Shown in pieces: positions 43,075 through 53,518 of a stretch of DNA of 64,000 bases. The stretch's first letter is position 1; every line of letters begins with the position of its first letter. The translations under genes and the position numbers were made by a program. The stretch spans positions 84,367 through 148,366 of the forward strand of contig BTVJ01000012.1 of the NCBI GenBank assembly GCA_045863395.1, written 5' to 3'. Below the pieces are notes generated by a model that ran no database searches, was not told the origin of the DNA, and saw only the letters and a program-made list of their open reading frames with translations. Source of the DNA: Myxococcales bacterium (GTDB taxonomy: Bacteria; Myxococcota_A; UBA9042; JABWCM01; BTVJ01).

Positions 43075-43908
43075 ATGACCGCGCGGCTCGTCCCCCTGCT
43101 CATCGCCCTGGCCGGCGTGGCGCTCCCCGCCCTGATCCAGGCCAAGACCCGCATCACGCTGGACGGCGTCGAGCACGAGGCCTTCTGGAGCGACGGGGAC
43201 TCGTTCCGCATCACGCAGGGGCCCGAGAAGGGGCTCAAGTCCCGCATCGCCCAGTTCAACACCCTGGAGAGCTACGGACCCGTCCACCGCTGGGGCACCT
43301 GGACCCGGGAGGAGCTGGCGGGGTTGGCGAAGAAGGCCACGAACCTGGTGCGCAGCCGCGACTGGGAGTGCGAGACGGTCAAGAAGGACGGCGAGCCCAT
43401 CAAGGACCACTACGGGCGGGCGCTGATCCGCTGCCCGGGCGCGGCCAAGGCCCTCATCGAGGCGGGCCTTGCGCACGTGTTCTTCGTGGACGAGGGGGAC
43501 GCGGACCAGGAGCTCATCGAGGCGCAGCACGCGGCGCAGAAGGCCGGTGCGGGCATGTGGGCCAAGGGAGTCCCGGCGACGATCCTCACGAGCGTACACT
43601 CGGCGGACGAGCCCAACTCGGACAAGCCATACAACCGCGTCACGGACACGATCACGGGCCTGTCTCGCAAGATCTTCCACGACAAGACCTACCCGCGGTG
43701 CACCGAGGCCTGCGAGGGCGACTCGTGCCTGCTCTACGTGCCCTTCAACGAGCGCTACGGCAAGAAGCGAGCGGAGTGCCTGCTCTGGGGCGGCGCGCGG
43801 CCGCCCATCCCGACGCCTGTGGAGCAGGCGCCCGTCCCGCCCGCTCCCCGCGCCCCCGTGGAGACGTCGCCCGCTCCGGCCCAGGGCGACGCAGACGAGG
43901 TCCTGTAG
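43075..43908 (+). CDS. Secreted thermonuclease (SNase)-like protein
   Basis: Signal peptide; SDGDSFRI, RIAQFNTLES, DHYGRAL, LIEAGLA, AQKAGAGMW; Cys-containing C-terminal part. Confidence 0.75.
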   Translation: MTARLVPLLIALAGVALPALIQAKTRITLDGVEHEAFWSDGDSFRITQGPEKGLKSRIAQFNTLESYGPVHRWGTWTREELAGLAKKATNLVRSRDWECETVKKDGEPIKDHYGRALIRCPGAAKALIEAGLAHVFFVDEGDADQELIEAQHAAQKAGAGMWAKGVPATILTSVHSADEPNSDKPYNRVTDTITGLSRKIFHDKTYPRCTEACEGDSCLLYVPFNERYGKKRAECLLWGGARPPIPTPVEQAPVPPAPRAPVETSPAPAQGDADEVL

Positions 43909-44091
43909 CGCGCCCCCGAAGAACGCACTACCCCCCCGATCCGCGCCCTCCTGCGCCTGACGACCCCCCTGCCCGGTGACAAGACCCACCCGTCTGTGTT
44001 AGGAACGGCCCGCAGTCCTTGAAAAGCGAGTGCGACAGCGCTCCCGTCGTGGGTAAGGCCGGAGCGCGAGTCCGGCCAGAGGAGGCGGTTC

Positions 44092-45270
44092 ATGATCGTT
44101 GGCATCCCGAGAGAGACGTGCCCGGGCGAGACCCGCGTGGCGGTGATCCCCGCCGCGCTGGGGCTCCTCCAGAAGAAGGGCGTCGAGGTGCTCGTGGAGC
44201 CGGGCGCGGGCGACGCCTCGGGCTACCCGGACCACGCCTTCATCGACAAGGGCGCGAAGCTCGTGCCGCGCGGCGAGCTCTTCCAGCGGGCGGACGTGGT
44301 GCTGCAGGTGCGCTCCCACGGCTCGAACCCCGAGGCCGGGCGCACGGACCTCCCGCTGCTGAGGCGGGGTCAGGTCGTCGTCGGCATGAGCGACCCCCTC
44401 GGCGAGGCGGCGGCCGTGCAGGCGCTGGCAGCGACGGGCGTCACCGCCTTCGCCATGGAGCTGATCCCGCGCATCACCCGCGCCCAGAGCATGGACGTGC
44501 TGTCGTCCATGGCGACCATCGCCGGCTACAAGGCAGTCCTGCTCGGGGCCGCGGCGCTGCCTCGCATGTTCCCGATGATGATGACAGCGGCCGGCACCAT
44601 CAAGCCGGCCAAGGTCTTCGTCGTCGGAGCCGGCGTAGCGGGTCTCTCGGCAATCGCGACGGCGAAGCGCCTCGGCGCCGTGGTCGAGGCCTATGACGTC
44701 CGCCCCGCGGTGAAGGAGCAGGTCCAGAGCCTGGGAGGCCGCTTCGTCGAGCTGGAGCTCGATACGGGGGGGGCGGAGGACAAGGGCGGCTACGCAAAGG
44801 CGCAGGACGAGGCGTTCTATGCGAAGCAGCGCGAGATGATGCTCCGGGTCGTCGCGGCGACCGACGTCGTGATCACGACGGCGGCCATCCCGGGGCGCAA
44901 GGCGCCCATCCTGGTGACCGCGCAGATGGTCGAGGGCATGCAGCCGGGGAGCGTGGTCGTGGACCTGGCGGCGGAGCGCGGCGGCAACTGCGAGCTGACG
45001 AAGCCTGGCGAGACCGTGGTCGAGCGCGGCGTGACCATCCTCGGGCCCCTCAACCTGCCGGCGACCGTGCCCTACCACGCGAGCCAGATGTACGCGAAGA
45101 ACATCACGACCTTCCTGCTCTCCCTGCTGGACAAGGAGGGCAAGCTCGTCCTGAACATGGGCGACGAGGTCGTGCGCGAGACCATGACCGCGCGCGAAGG
45201 CGAGGTCACGAACGGCCGGGTGAGGCAGCTCCTGGGGCTGCCGGAGCTGCCTGGCGGAGGAAAGGGCTGA
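44092..45270 (+). CDS. pntAA: NAD(P) transhydrogenase subunit alpha, part 1
   Basis: GETRVA, PRITRAQSMDVLSS, GAGVAGL, GGYAK, GGNCE. Confidence 0.95.
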   Translation: MIVGIPRETCPGETRVAVIPAALGLLQKKGVEVLVEPGAGDASGYPDHAFIDKGAKLVPRGELFQRADVVLQVRSHGSNPEAGRTDLPLLRRGQVVVGMSDPLGEAAAVQALAATGVTAFAMELIPRITRAQSMDVLSSMATIAGYKAVLLGAAALPRMFPMMMTAAGTIKPAKVFVVGAGVAGLSAIATAKRLGAVVEAYDVRPAVKEQVQSLGGRFVELELDTGGAEDKGGYAKAQDEAFYAKQREMMLRVVAATDVVITTAAIPGRKAPILVTAQMVEGMQPGSVVVDLAAERGGNCELTKPGETVVERGVTILGPLNLPATVPYHASQMYAKNITTFLLSLLDKEGKLVLNMGDEVVRETMTAREGEVTNGRVRQLLGLPELPGGGKG

Positions 45271-45271
45271 C

Positions 45272-45574
45272 ATGGACATCACCCATCTCGACAACCTGAT
45301 CGCCGGGATCACGGTCTTTGCGCTCGCGATCTTCGTGGGCTGGGAGATCATCACCAAGGTGCCGCCGACGCTGCACACGCCGCTCATGTCGGGCTCCAAC
45401 GCCATCTCGGGCATCACCCTGGTGGGAGCGCTGCTCGCCGCAGGGGCGCAGCACACGACGCTGACCACGGTCCTCGGTGTGCTCGCAGTGGCGTTCGCGA
45501 CCATCAACGTGGTCGGCGGCTTCATGGTCACCCACCGCATGCTCGGCATGTTCAAGAGGAAGGACAAGGCATGA
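45272..45574 (+). CDS. pntAB: NAD(P) transhydrogenase subunit alpha, part 2
   Basis: LHTPLMSGSNAISG, INVVGGFMVTHRML. Confidence 0.95.
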   Translation: MDITHLDNLIAGITVFALAIFVGWEIITKVPPTLHTPLMSGSNAISGITLVGALLAAGAQHTTLTTVLGVLAVAFATINVVGGFMVTHRMLGMFKRKDKA

Positions 45575-47058
45575 GCCCAGACTTCACTCAGCAGGTCCCG
45601 GACGTCGCGGCCGCGGCACAGACCGTCTCCTCGACCGGCGACCTCAAGACGGCGTTGATCAACATCGCCTACCTGGTCGCAGCGGTCCTCTTCATCCTTG
45701 GCCTCAAGGGGCTCGCGCATCCACGCACGGCGGTCCGGGCGAACCTCAAGGGCGCCCTCGGCATGCTGATCGCGGTCGTCGCGACGCTGGTCGATGCCAA
45801 GATCATCGGCTTCACCTATATCGTTGCGGGCGTCGTGCTCGGCGGCAGCGTGGGGTGGATCCTGGCCGTCCGGGTGCCGATGACCTCCATGCCGGAGATG
45901 GTCGCCCTGCTCAACGGCTTCGGCGGCATCGCCTCCATCTTCGTCGCCGCCGGCTCGCTCCTGGAGGCCAACTACCTCGCGTCCCACGGCCAGGGCGCCG
46001 CGCTCTCCACGTCGTCGCTCGTCGCCGTCTCCCTGACGGGCCTCGTCGGGGCCGTGACCTTCTTCGGGAGCCTCATGGCCTTCGCCAAGCTCCGCGAGTA
46101 CAAGTGGACCTGGAAGCTCAAGCAGTTCCCCGGGCAGCAGGCCATCAACGCGACGCTGGCGGCAGGGGCCGTAGTGCTGGGCGTGCTGCTCGTGTCCGAT
46201 CCGACCCTGGAGATCGCCTACTGGGGCATCGTGGCGGTCGGCTCGGTGCTGGGCATCACGCTGGTCATGTCCATCGGCGGCGCGGACATGCCGGTGGTGG
46301 TCGCGCTGCTCAACAGCTACTCGGGCATCGCGGCGGCGCTGTCCGGCTTCGCCTTCGAGCCCAACAACAACGTCCTGATCATCGCCGGCTCCCTGGTGGG
46401 CGCCTCGGGCATCATCCTGACGCAGATCATGTGCAAGGCGATGAACCGCTCGCTGACCAACGTGCTCTTCGGCGTGATGGGCCCGACGTCGGCCACGCCG
46501 AAGGCGGACGACGTGTACGCAGGGAAGATCAAGGCGACCAGCCCGGACGAGATCGCCATGCTCTTCGACGGTGCACAGCGCGTGGTGGTCGTCCCGGGCT
46601 ACGGCATGGCGGTCGCCCAGGCGCAGCACGCGGTGCGCGATCTGGCGACGCTGCTGGAGTCCCGGGGGACCACGGTGGAGTTCGCGATTCACCCGGTAGC
46701 AGGCCGCATGCCGGGCCATATGAACGTGCTGCTGGCGGAGGCGGACATCGACTACTCGAAGCTCCTCGAGATGGACGAGATCAACCCCACCATGTCGGAG
46801 GTGGACGTCGCCATCGTGCTGGGGGCCAACGACGTGGTGAACCCCGTTGCCCGCACGGACCCCAAGAGCCCCATCGCGGGGATGCCGATCATCGACGTGG
46901 ACAAGGCGCGCACGGTGGTCGTCGTCAAACGCAGCCTGAGCCCCGGCTTCGCGGGCATCCCGAACCCTCTCTTCGCCATGGACAACACCCTCATGTTCTT
47001 CGCGGACGGCAAGAAGGCGATCCTGGACATTCTCGCAGCGACGAAGGAGGCGGGCTGA
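45571..47058 (+). CDS. pntB: NAD(P) transhydrogenase subunit beta
   Basis: IGGADMPVV, PGYGMAVAQAQH, HPVAGRMPGHMNVLLAEA, GANDVVNP. Confidence 0.97.
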   Translation: MSPDFTQQVPDVAAAAQTVSSTGDLKTALINIAYLVAAVLFILGLKGLAHPRTAVRANLKGALGMLIAVVATLVDAKIIGFTYIVAGVVLGGSVGWILAVRVPMTSMPEMVALLNGFGGIASIFVAAGSLLEANYLASHGQGAALSTSSLVAVSLTGLVGAVTFFGSLMAFAKLREYKWTWKLKQFPGQQAINATLAAGAVVLGVLLVSDPTLEIAYWGIVAVGSVLGITLVMSIGGADMPVVVALLNSYSGIAAALSGFAFEPNNNVLIIAGSLVGASGIILTQIMCKAMNRSLTNVLFGVMGPTSATPKADDVYAGKIKATSPDEIAMLFDGAQRVVVVPGYGMAVAQAQHAVRDLATLLESRGTTVEFAIHPVAGRMPGHMNVLLAEADIDYSKLLEMDEINPTMSEVDVAIVLGANDVVNPVARTDPKSPIAGMPIIDVDKARTVVVVKRSLSPGFAGIPNPLFAMDNTLMFFADGKKAILDILAATKEAG

Positions 47059-47195
47059 CGCTCCGCTGGTGCAGATCGCTCGATCGCCCCACCGTGCTGA
47101 GCCAATGACGCCAGCCACACGCGGCGACACGGCCTGCGGTTGAGACTCGAGGGTGGGGGTGCGATACTGGCAGCGTCCAGACCGACGGGAGGACC

Positions 47196-47921
47196 ATGTC
47201 GGATCGCACGGGGCTCGACTTCTACATCACCGCTCCGCACGAGTGCAGCTACCTGCCTGATCGGACGGCGACCACGCTCTTCGCAGACCCGGACGTGGCC
47301 GTCGGGACTCGCATGTACAGCATGCTCGCCGAGCACGGCTTCCGGCGGAGCGGGCGCAACGTCTACCGCCCGCAGTGCAAGGGGTGCACCGAGTGCGTCT
47401 CCGTGCGCGTCGACGCGGGGCGCTTCGAGCCGTCGAAGACGCAGCGCCGCATCTGGCGCCGCAACCAGGATCTCACCGCACGCGTGTTGCCCGCCGAGTT
47501 CCGTGAGGAGCACTTCTCCCTCTACAAGAAGTACATGCAGGGACGCCACGCCGGCGGCAGCATGGACAGTGGAGATCAGACGCGCTACTCGGACTTCCTG
47601 ATCAGCCCCTACGTAGAGACCCTGTTCGTCGAGCTCCGCGACAAGGACCGCCTGCTCTGCGTGGCAGTGGTCGACGAGCTGACCAGCGGCCTCTCCGCGG
47701 TCTACACCTTCTTCGACCCGGACGAGCAGGCGCGTTCGCTGGGCACCCAGGCGGTGCTCTGGCAGCTCGCGGAGGCGAGGCGACGGGGCCTGCCCTGGGT
47801 CTACCTCGGCTACTGGATCCGGGGATGCCGCAAGATGCGCTACAAGGACGCCTTCCGGCCCTTCGAGGGCTACCGCGGCGCCCGGTGGGTCCCAGGAGAG
47901 TCGCTCGTCAATCCCGGGTGA
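47196..47921 (+). CDS. bpt: Bacterial arginyl-tRNA-protein transferase family (Bpt, Asp/Glu leucyltransferase)
   Basis: HECSYL, GFRRSG, YRPQC..C..C, LSAVYTFFDP, YLGYWI..CRKMRYK. Confidence 0.9.
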   Translation: MSDRTGLDFYITAPHECSYLPDRTATTLFADPDVAVGTRMYSMLAEHGFRRSGRNVYRPQCKGCTECVSVRVDAGRFEPSKTQRRIWRRNQDLTARVLPAEFREEHFSLYKKYMQGRHAGGSMDSGDQTRYSDFLISPYVETLFVELRDKDRLLCVAVVDELTSGLSAVYTFFDPDEQARSLGTQAVLWQLAEARRRGLPWVYLGYWIRGCRKMRYKDAFRPFEGYRGARWVPGESLVNPG

Positions 47922-47984
47922 CTGGCGGGCTCTCGCCGTTTGCGAAGCCCAGCGCGCGGGATAGCTTGGAAGCAGGAGGTCACC

Positions 47985-48182
47985 ATGAAGAGCGACTTCA
48001 CGCGAGCGGAGATCGAGGAGCTGAAGGGTTTGGTGGACGTGCGCGCCGGGGAGCTGGGCGCCGAGATCCATCACGCAATGGTCCACGAGTACCGGGACGG
48101 CCTCAAGGCGCGCAAGGCGCTGCTGGAGAAGCTCTCCGTCAAGCTCGGGACCATCCTCCAAGGGCCGGGCGAGCCGGAGTAG
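47985..48182 (+). CDS. Small helical hypothetical protein (65 aa)
   Basis: Strong RBS AGGAGG; amphipathic helical-hairpin pattern with EIHH motif. Confidence 0.7.
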   Translation: MKSDFTRAEIEELKGLVDVRAGELGAEIHHAMVHEYRDGLKARKALLEKLSVKLGTILQGPGEPE

Positions 48183-48313
48183 GGCTGCGGTTCGGAGAAG
48201 GGGCGCTCCGGGACGTCAGGGGACTTCTCGTGTGTCGTGTGACGATTTCCACTCAAGCTGGCGACGGGGCCTGCCGATGGGGTCCGCGGACCTTGCGCAG
48301 GAGGACGCGCCGC

Positions 48314-48523
48314 ATGAAGACGAGACTCTGGTTTCTCACCGCCGCCCTGCTGATCGCCACCGCAAGCACGACCTACGCCGGCGCCAAAGACGGGCAGTCC
48401 GACGCGGATCCGTGCAACCTCGACCCCTGGTGCGCCGACGCCGATGAGGACGGTGTGCCCGACGCGGCGGACCCGTGCCCGACGGACCCCGACGACCTGT
48501 GTACGCTGCCGCCGGTCGGATGA
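48314..48523 (+). CDS. Small secreted Asp/Cys-rich protein (69 aa) with one thrombospondin type-3-like Ca-binding motif
   Basis: RBS AGGAGG; signal peptide MKTRLWFLTAALLIATASTTYA; DADEDGVPDAADPCP; 4 Cys. Confidence 0.72.
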   Translation: MKTRLWFLTAALLIATASTTYAGAKDGQSDADPCNLDPWCADADEDGVPDAADPCPTDPDDLCTLPPVG

Positions 48524-49147
48524 TCAGGGCTTCGGGATGCGCAGCGTCGCGCTGACCATGGCGGCGCCGCTGGCGGCATAGAGCAGCGCGAGGGGGTGGA
48601 GCGTCCAGGGCCCCAGCGCCACGGCGCCCAGCCACACGGCGTCGTGGACGGCCCCCCTCCACAGAGCCACGGCGAGCAGGAGGACGAGGAGGAGGCTCGC
48701 CGGAATGGGGGTCCCCTCGAAGTAGCGCACCTTGCCCCGCTCGTCGGACAGCGCGGCCGCCGTCACGTTGAAGCGGGCCAGGCGCGCGATGCCGCACGCA
48801 ACGAAGATCACCAGGACCACCGCATCCCAACCACCGCGCAGCCCGAGCGCGAAGCCGAGGACCGCCGGCGCTACGCCAAAGGAGACGATGTCGGACAGAG
48901 AGTCCAGATCCGCCCCCAGAGGCGACTGGCGATGGCGCCACCGAGCGACGGTCCCATCGAGCACGTCGAGCACGAAGGCGACGGGCAGGAGCGCGATGGC
49001 CGTCCAGGCGTGACTCACGTCCCCGCTCGCCACGTAGGCCAGGCAGCTCAGGATGGCGCCCGTGCCCGCGGCGGCGTTGCCGAGGGTGAGGAAGTCCGCC
49101 AGCACGAAGGTCCGCAGGAGCGAGAAGTGGCGCGGTCGATCCGGCAT
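48524..49147 (-). CDS. CDP-alcohol phosphatidyltransferase (PssA-like), second paralogue
   Basis: ADFLTLGN, DVLDGTVAR, GADLDSLSDIVSFGVAP, RLARFN, FEGTPIP. Confidence 0.9.
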   Translation of the reverse strand: MPDRPRHFSLLRTFVLADFLTLGNAAAGTGAILSCLAYVASGDVSHAWTAIALLPVAFVLDVLDGTVARWRHRQSPLGADLDSLSDIVSFGVAPAVLGFALGLRGGWDAVVLVIFVACGIARLARFNVTAAALSDERGKVRYFEGTPIPASLLLVLLLAVALWRGAVHDAVWLGAVALGPWTLHPLALLYAASGAAMVSATLRIPKP

Positions 49148-49419
49148 GAGGCCACCGTATCCCGGCGCGGCACGCGCGTCCAGTCGGCGCACGGAGCGGT
49201 GCGGTCCGACGCCCCTGACGCCATCCCCGGAGGCCGTGGCGGGCCGCTCAAGCGTGTCCAACGCACCCACGGCTCGCGCCCGCATCGGCCCATCTCGACA
49301 TCACCATCGGAGCCCCGTCCCTGTGCTAGACTCGGCGCCCGGAGGCGCCAGCCGGACCGCTGCTCTCGGGAGGCGGAGCCGATGCCGCCCCGTGACTCGC
49401 AGCCACCGGGCGGTTGACG

Positions 49420-50370
49420 ATGGGGCCGTGGGATCGCCTGTTACCGATGCTCGCTCCCCTGGTGCTCGGCGCCGTCGCGGGGCGCCTGGGCGCCTTTCCC
49501 GACGCGACGGGTGCGATCACGGCGCTCAACCGGTACGTGCTCACCTTCGCCTTCCCGGCGCTCATGTTCGGCGCCGTGGCCCGAGCCCCGGGCTCCCTCC
49601 CGAGCGCCGCCTTCGTGCTGGCCCACGGCGCGATCTTCGCAGCAGGCATCGCCTGCGCTGCCGGTCTCGGGCGCCTCCTGCGGGACCGCCCGGCCCGCGG
49701 CGCCCTGGCGCTGGGGGGGCTGTTCGGCAACGTCGTCTACCTGGGCCTCCCGGTCGTCGAGGGCACGCTTGGCTCACACCACCTGCCGGCAGCCTCCGTC
49801 GGTGCCTCCATCCACATGGGCCTCGCCCTGCTGGTCGGACCTGCCCTCCTGGTGCGGTGGGGCGGGGACGAAGCCCTCCCGTGGTCGGCGACCGCCCGCC
49901 GCGTGGCCGCTCAACCCCTCGTCTGGGCGCCCCTGGTGGGGCTGGCGGCGCGCGGGCTGCCCCCCCCAGCCCTGGAGGCGGTGTGGCTCCCCCTGGACGC
50001 AATCTCACGGTCCGCAAGCCCGGTGGCGCTCTTCCTCTTGGGCCTCTACCTGTGGGTGCGCCGTGCCGACGTCCGACGCCTGGACACCGCCGCTGCTGCA
50101 ATCCTCGCCTGCAAGCTCGCGGTGCTGCCCGCGGCGGCTCTGGCGACAGCCCTGCTCCTCACCCGCGTCGCCGGGCTCCAACCCGCGGAGGCCCGGGTGT
50201 TGCTGGTGCTCGCCGCGGCCCCCGTGGCGATCACGACCTTCTCCATCGCCCACGAACACGGCCTCGGCGAGCAGGCCATCGCCAAGGCCATCGTTGCAAG
50301 CACGCTGGCGTCCCTGGTGACCTTCGCCCTGGGGGCACACCTGGCCCTCACTCTCTGGCCGCCCTCCTGA
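49420..50370 (+). CDS. AEC (auxin efflux carrier) family transporter
   Basis: LNRYVLTFAFPALMF, FGNVVYLGLP, PVALFLLG, KLAVLP, AAPVA. About 10 TM segments. Confidence 0.85.
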   Translation: MGPWDRLLPMLAPLVLGAVAGRLGAFPDATGAITALNRYVLTFAFPALMFGAVARAPGSLPSAAFVLAHGAIFAAGIACAAGLGRLLRDRPARGALALGGLFGNVVYLGLPVVEGTLGSHHLPAASVGASIHMGLALLVGPALLVRWGGDEALPWSATARRVAAQPLVWAPLVGLAARGLPPPALEAVWLPLDAISRSASPVALFLLGLYLWVRRADVRRLDTAAAAILACKLAVLPAAALATALLLTRVAGLQPAEARVLLVLAAAPVAITTFSIAHEHGLGEQAIAKAIVASTLASLVTFALGAHLALTLWPPS

Positions 50371-50508
50371 GCAGCAGGTCCCAGCCCCGTGCGCCAAGGA
50401 TCGCACCTCTGGCCCACTCCGCGCGGGACGTGGGAGGTGCTGCAGAGCCGCGGGCGTCTGGCCCGCCGAGCGCCCGAGAGCGCCCGGCGGGCTGGGCGAT
50501 GGCACCGC

Positions 50509-51606
<1,098 letters not shown>

Positions 51607-51696
51607 CTCCGTGCTCTCCTCGCATCGGGCCGCGGTGGGACGGGGACCCTCCCCGCCTGGGACGCAGCCCGTATCTGGTGCCCCCCTCCGTACCCC

Positions 51697-53274
51697 CTAC
51701 CCGCCTCCAGCGACGACGCGGAGCGGGACCCGCGCGCCACCGGCCCCTACACCCTCCGCGGAAGGCTCCCCGAGCCGGAAGGCGAGCGCCTCGCACACGT
51801 GCAGCGGCTGGATGACGTCGTGCCCGTCCAGGTCGGCGATGGTCCTCGCCACCCTCAGGACCCTGGTCAGGCCCCGCGCGCTCATGCCCTGGCGGTCCAC
51901 CGCGTTCTGGAGGAGCCCCTCGCTGTCGTGGTGCATGTGGCAGGCACGGCGCAGGGCGTCCCCGTCGAGGCGGCTGTTGGGCACGCCGCGCCCCTCGGAT
52001 CTGCGGAGCTGCCGCTCCCAGGCCACGCGCACGCGCTCCCGCACGGCGGCGCTGCTCTCTCCCCGTGTGGGCCGCCGGAGCTGCTCGTACCCGACGGGAG
52101 GCAAGTCCACGTGCATGTCGATGCGGTCCATGAGCGGACCGGACAGCCGCGCCCGGTAGCGCCTCACCAGCTCGTCCGAGCACCGGCACTCGACGACGTG
52201 GCTTCGTGCGTGCCCGCACGGACACGGGTTGCACGACGCGACGAGCATCAGGCGACACGGGTAGGTGATCGAGTGGCGCGCCCTCGCGATGACCACGTAC
52301 CCGTCCTCCAGGGGCTGGCGGAGGGTCTCCAGCGTGTGCGACTGGAACTCGAGGATCTCGTCGAGGAACAGCACCCCGTTGTGGGCCAGGGACGCCTCAC
52401 CGGGGCGCGGGGGCGAGCCGCCGCCGACCAGCGCCGCGTGGCTGCACGTAGAGTGGGGCGCGCGAAACGGGCGCACCGTCAGGAGCCCGCCACCTCGACG
52501 CAGCAGCCCGGCGACGCTGTAGATCTTGGAGGTCTCGAGCTGCTCGTCGGCGGTCATCTCCGGCAGGATCCCGGGTAGGCGCCGCGCCAGCATTGTCTTC
52601 CCCGCGCCGGGTGAGCCGACCATCAGGAGCGCGTGCTGTCCGGCCGCGGCCACCTCGAGGGCCCGCCTGGCGTGGAGCTGGCCCGCGACCTCGGCGAGGT
52701 CCGGCGCGTCCAAGGCACGTATCGGGGTACCACCCGACCCGAGGGCCCGGTCCAGGAGCGCCGTGCCTCGCAGGTGGTCCAGCACCTCCCCGAGCCCCCG
52801 CGCCCCGTAGACGGTCAGCCCATGGACCGCGGCGGCCTCCGCCACGTTGGCCGCGGGTACGATCAGCGTGCCGATCCCCTGCTCCCTGGCCGCCAGGGCG
52901 ATGGGCAGGACCCCGGGGACGGGCTCGACCCGACCGTCGAGGGACAGCTCTCCGAGGATCAGCGTGCCCGAGAGCTCCTCGTCCTGGATCTGGGCCGTGC
53001 TCGCGATGATCCCGACGGCGATGGGGAGGTCGTAGGCGGCGCCGGACTTCCTCAAGTTTGCGGGCGCGAGGTTGATGGCGATCTGGGTGGGGGGGAGCTC
53101 GTAGCCGCAGTTCCGCAGCGCGGCCCTCACGCGGACCTTCGCCTCCTTCACGGCGGCCTCGGGCAGCCCCACGACGTCCACGTGGGCGAGCTGACCCAGC
53201 CGCTGATCCACCTCCACCGTCACCACGTGGGCGTCGAGCCCCGTCACTCCCCCTGCGAGCACCTTCGCGAGCAT
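51697..53274 (-). CDS. comM: YifB/ComM family Mg-chelatase-like AAA+ ATPase
   Basis: VGLPEAAVKEA, NLAPANLRK, GELSLDG, GSPGAGKTMLA, PGEASLAHNGVLFLDE, NPCPCG, SGPLMDRID, RVARTIADL. Confidence 0.95.
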   Translation of the reverse strand: MLAKVLAGGVTGLDAHVVTVEVDQRLGQLAHVDVVGLPEAAVKEAKVRVRAALRNCGYELPPTQIAINLAPANLRKSGAAYDLPIAVGIIASTAQIQDEELSGTLILGELSLDGRVEPVPGVLPIALAAREQGIGTLIVPAANVAEAAAVHGLTVYGARGLGEVLDHLRGTALLDRALGSGGTPIRALDAPDLAEVAGQLHARRALEVAAAGQHALLMVGSPGAGKTMLARRLPGILPEMTADEQLETSKIYSVAGLLRRGGGLLTVRPFRAPHSTCSHAALVGGGSPPRPGEASLAHNGVLFLDEILEFQSHTLETLRQPLEDGYVVIARARHSITYPCRLMLVASCNPCPCGHARSHVVECRCSDELVRRYRARLSGPLMDRIDMHVDLPPVGYEQLRRPTRGESSAAVRERVRVAWERQLRRSEGRGVPNSRLDGDALRRACHMHHDSEGLLQNAVDRQGMSARGLTRVLRVARTIADLDGHDVIQPLHVCEALAFRLGEPSAEGVGAGGARVPLRVVAGGG

Positions 53275-53311
53275 GATGTCCTCCTGGCCGTCCGGTTGCG
53301 CCGGAGGACAG

Positions 53312-53327
53312 AGCACAGCGCGTGCCA
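53312..53327 (-). promoter_or_regulatory. Sigma54 (-24/-12) promoter upstream of comM-recA
   Basis: TGGCACG-CGCT-GTGCT with the required 10-nt GG-to-GC spacing, about 40 nt before the comM ATG. Confidence 0.7.
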
Positions 53328-53345
53328 CGCAGTGGTGCTGCATGA

Positions 53346-53358
53346 TTTCATAGACTTG
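53346..53358. promoter_or_regulatory. IHF-like binding site
   Basis: TTTCATAGACTTG versus WATCAANNNNTTR (2 mismatches), in an AT-rich patch about 45-57 nt upstream of the inferred TSS. Confidence 0.45.
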
Positions 53359-53518
53359 ACTCAGACCAGCGTCCCTTGGACCTTCCCGCGGCGGGACCCC
53401 GGGAGTCCCCGCGCGGGACGGTGCGGGCCTGTGCCCTTGGGCCCATGACCCCCAGTCACCCGGAGCCTTGGACACCACGGGCCCCCGCGTGCTACATGCC
53501 GCGGTGGAGGTGCCCGCC

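Noticed and set aside
48183..48313. c-di-GMP-I (GEMM) riboswitch or sigma54 promoter upstream of the microprotein
   Set aside because: GCCGATGG resembles the aptamer 3' end, but the GGCAAA/GAAA/GACGCAAAG core is absent. The TGGCG...TGC spacing is 11 rather than 10 nt.
14998..49147. Recent duplication of pssA-like genes
   Set aside because: The two proteins share only family motifs and differ in length and sequence, so they are old paralogues.
51607..51696. LexA/SOS box upstream of recA
   Set aside because: No match to the enterobacterial, Gram-positive or M. xanthus-type boxes that I could recognise.
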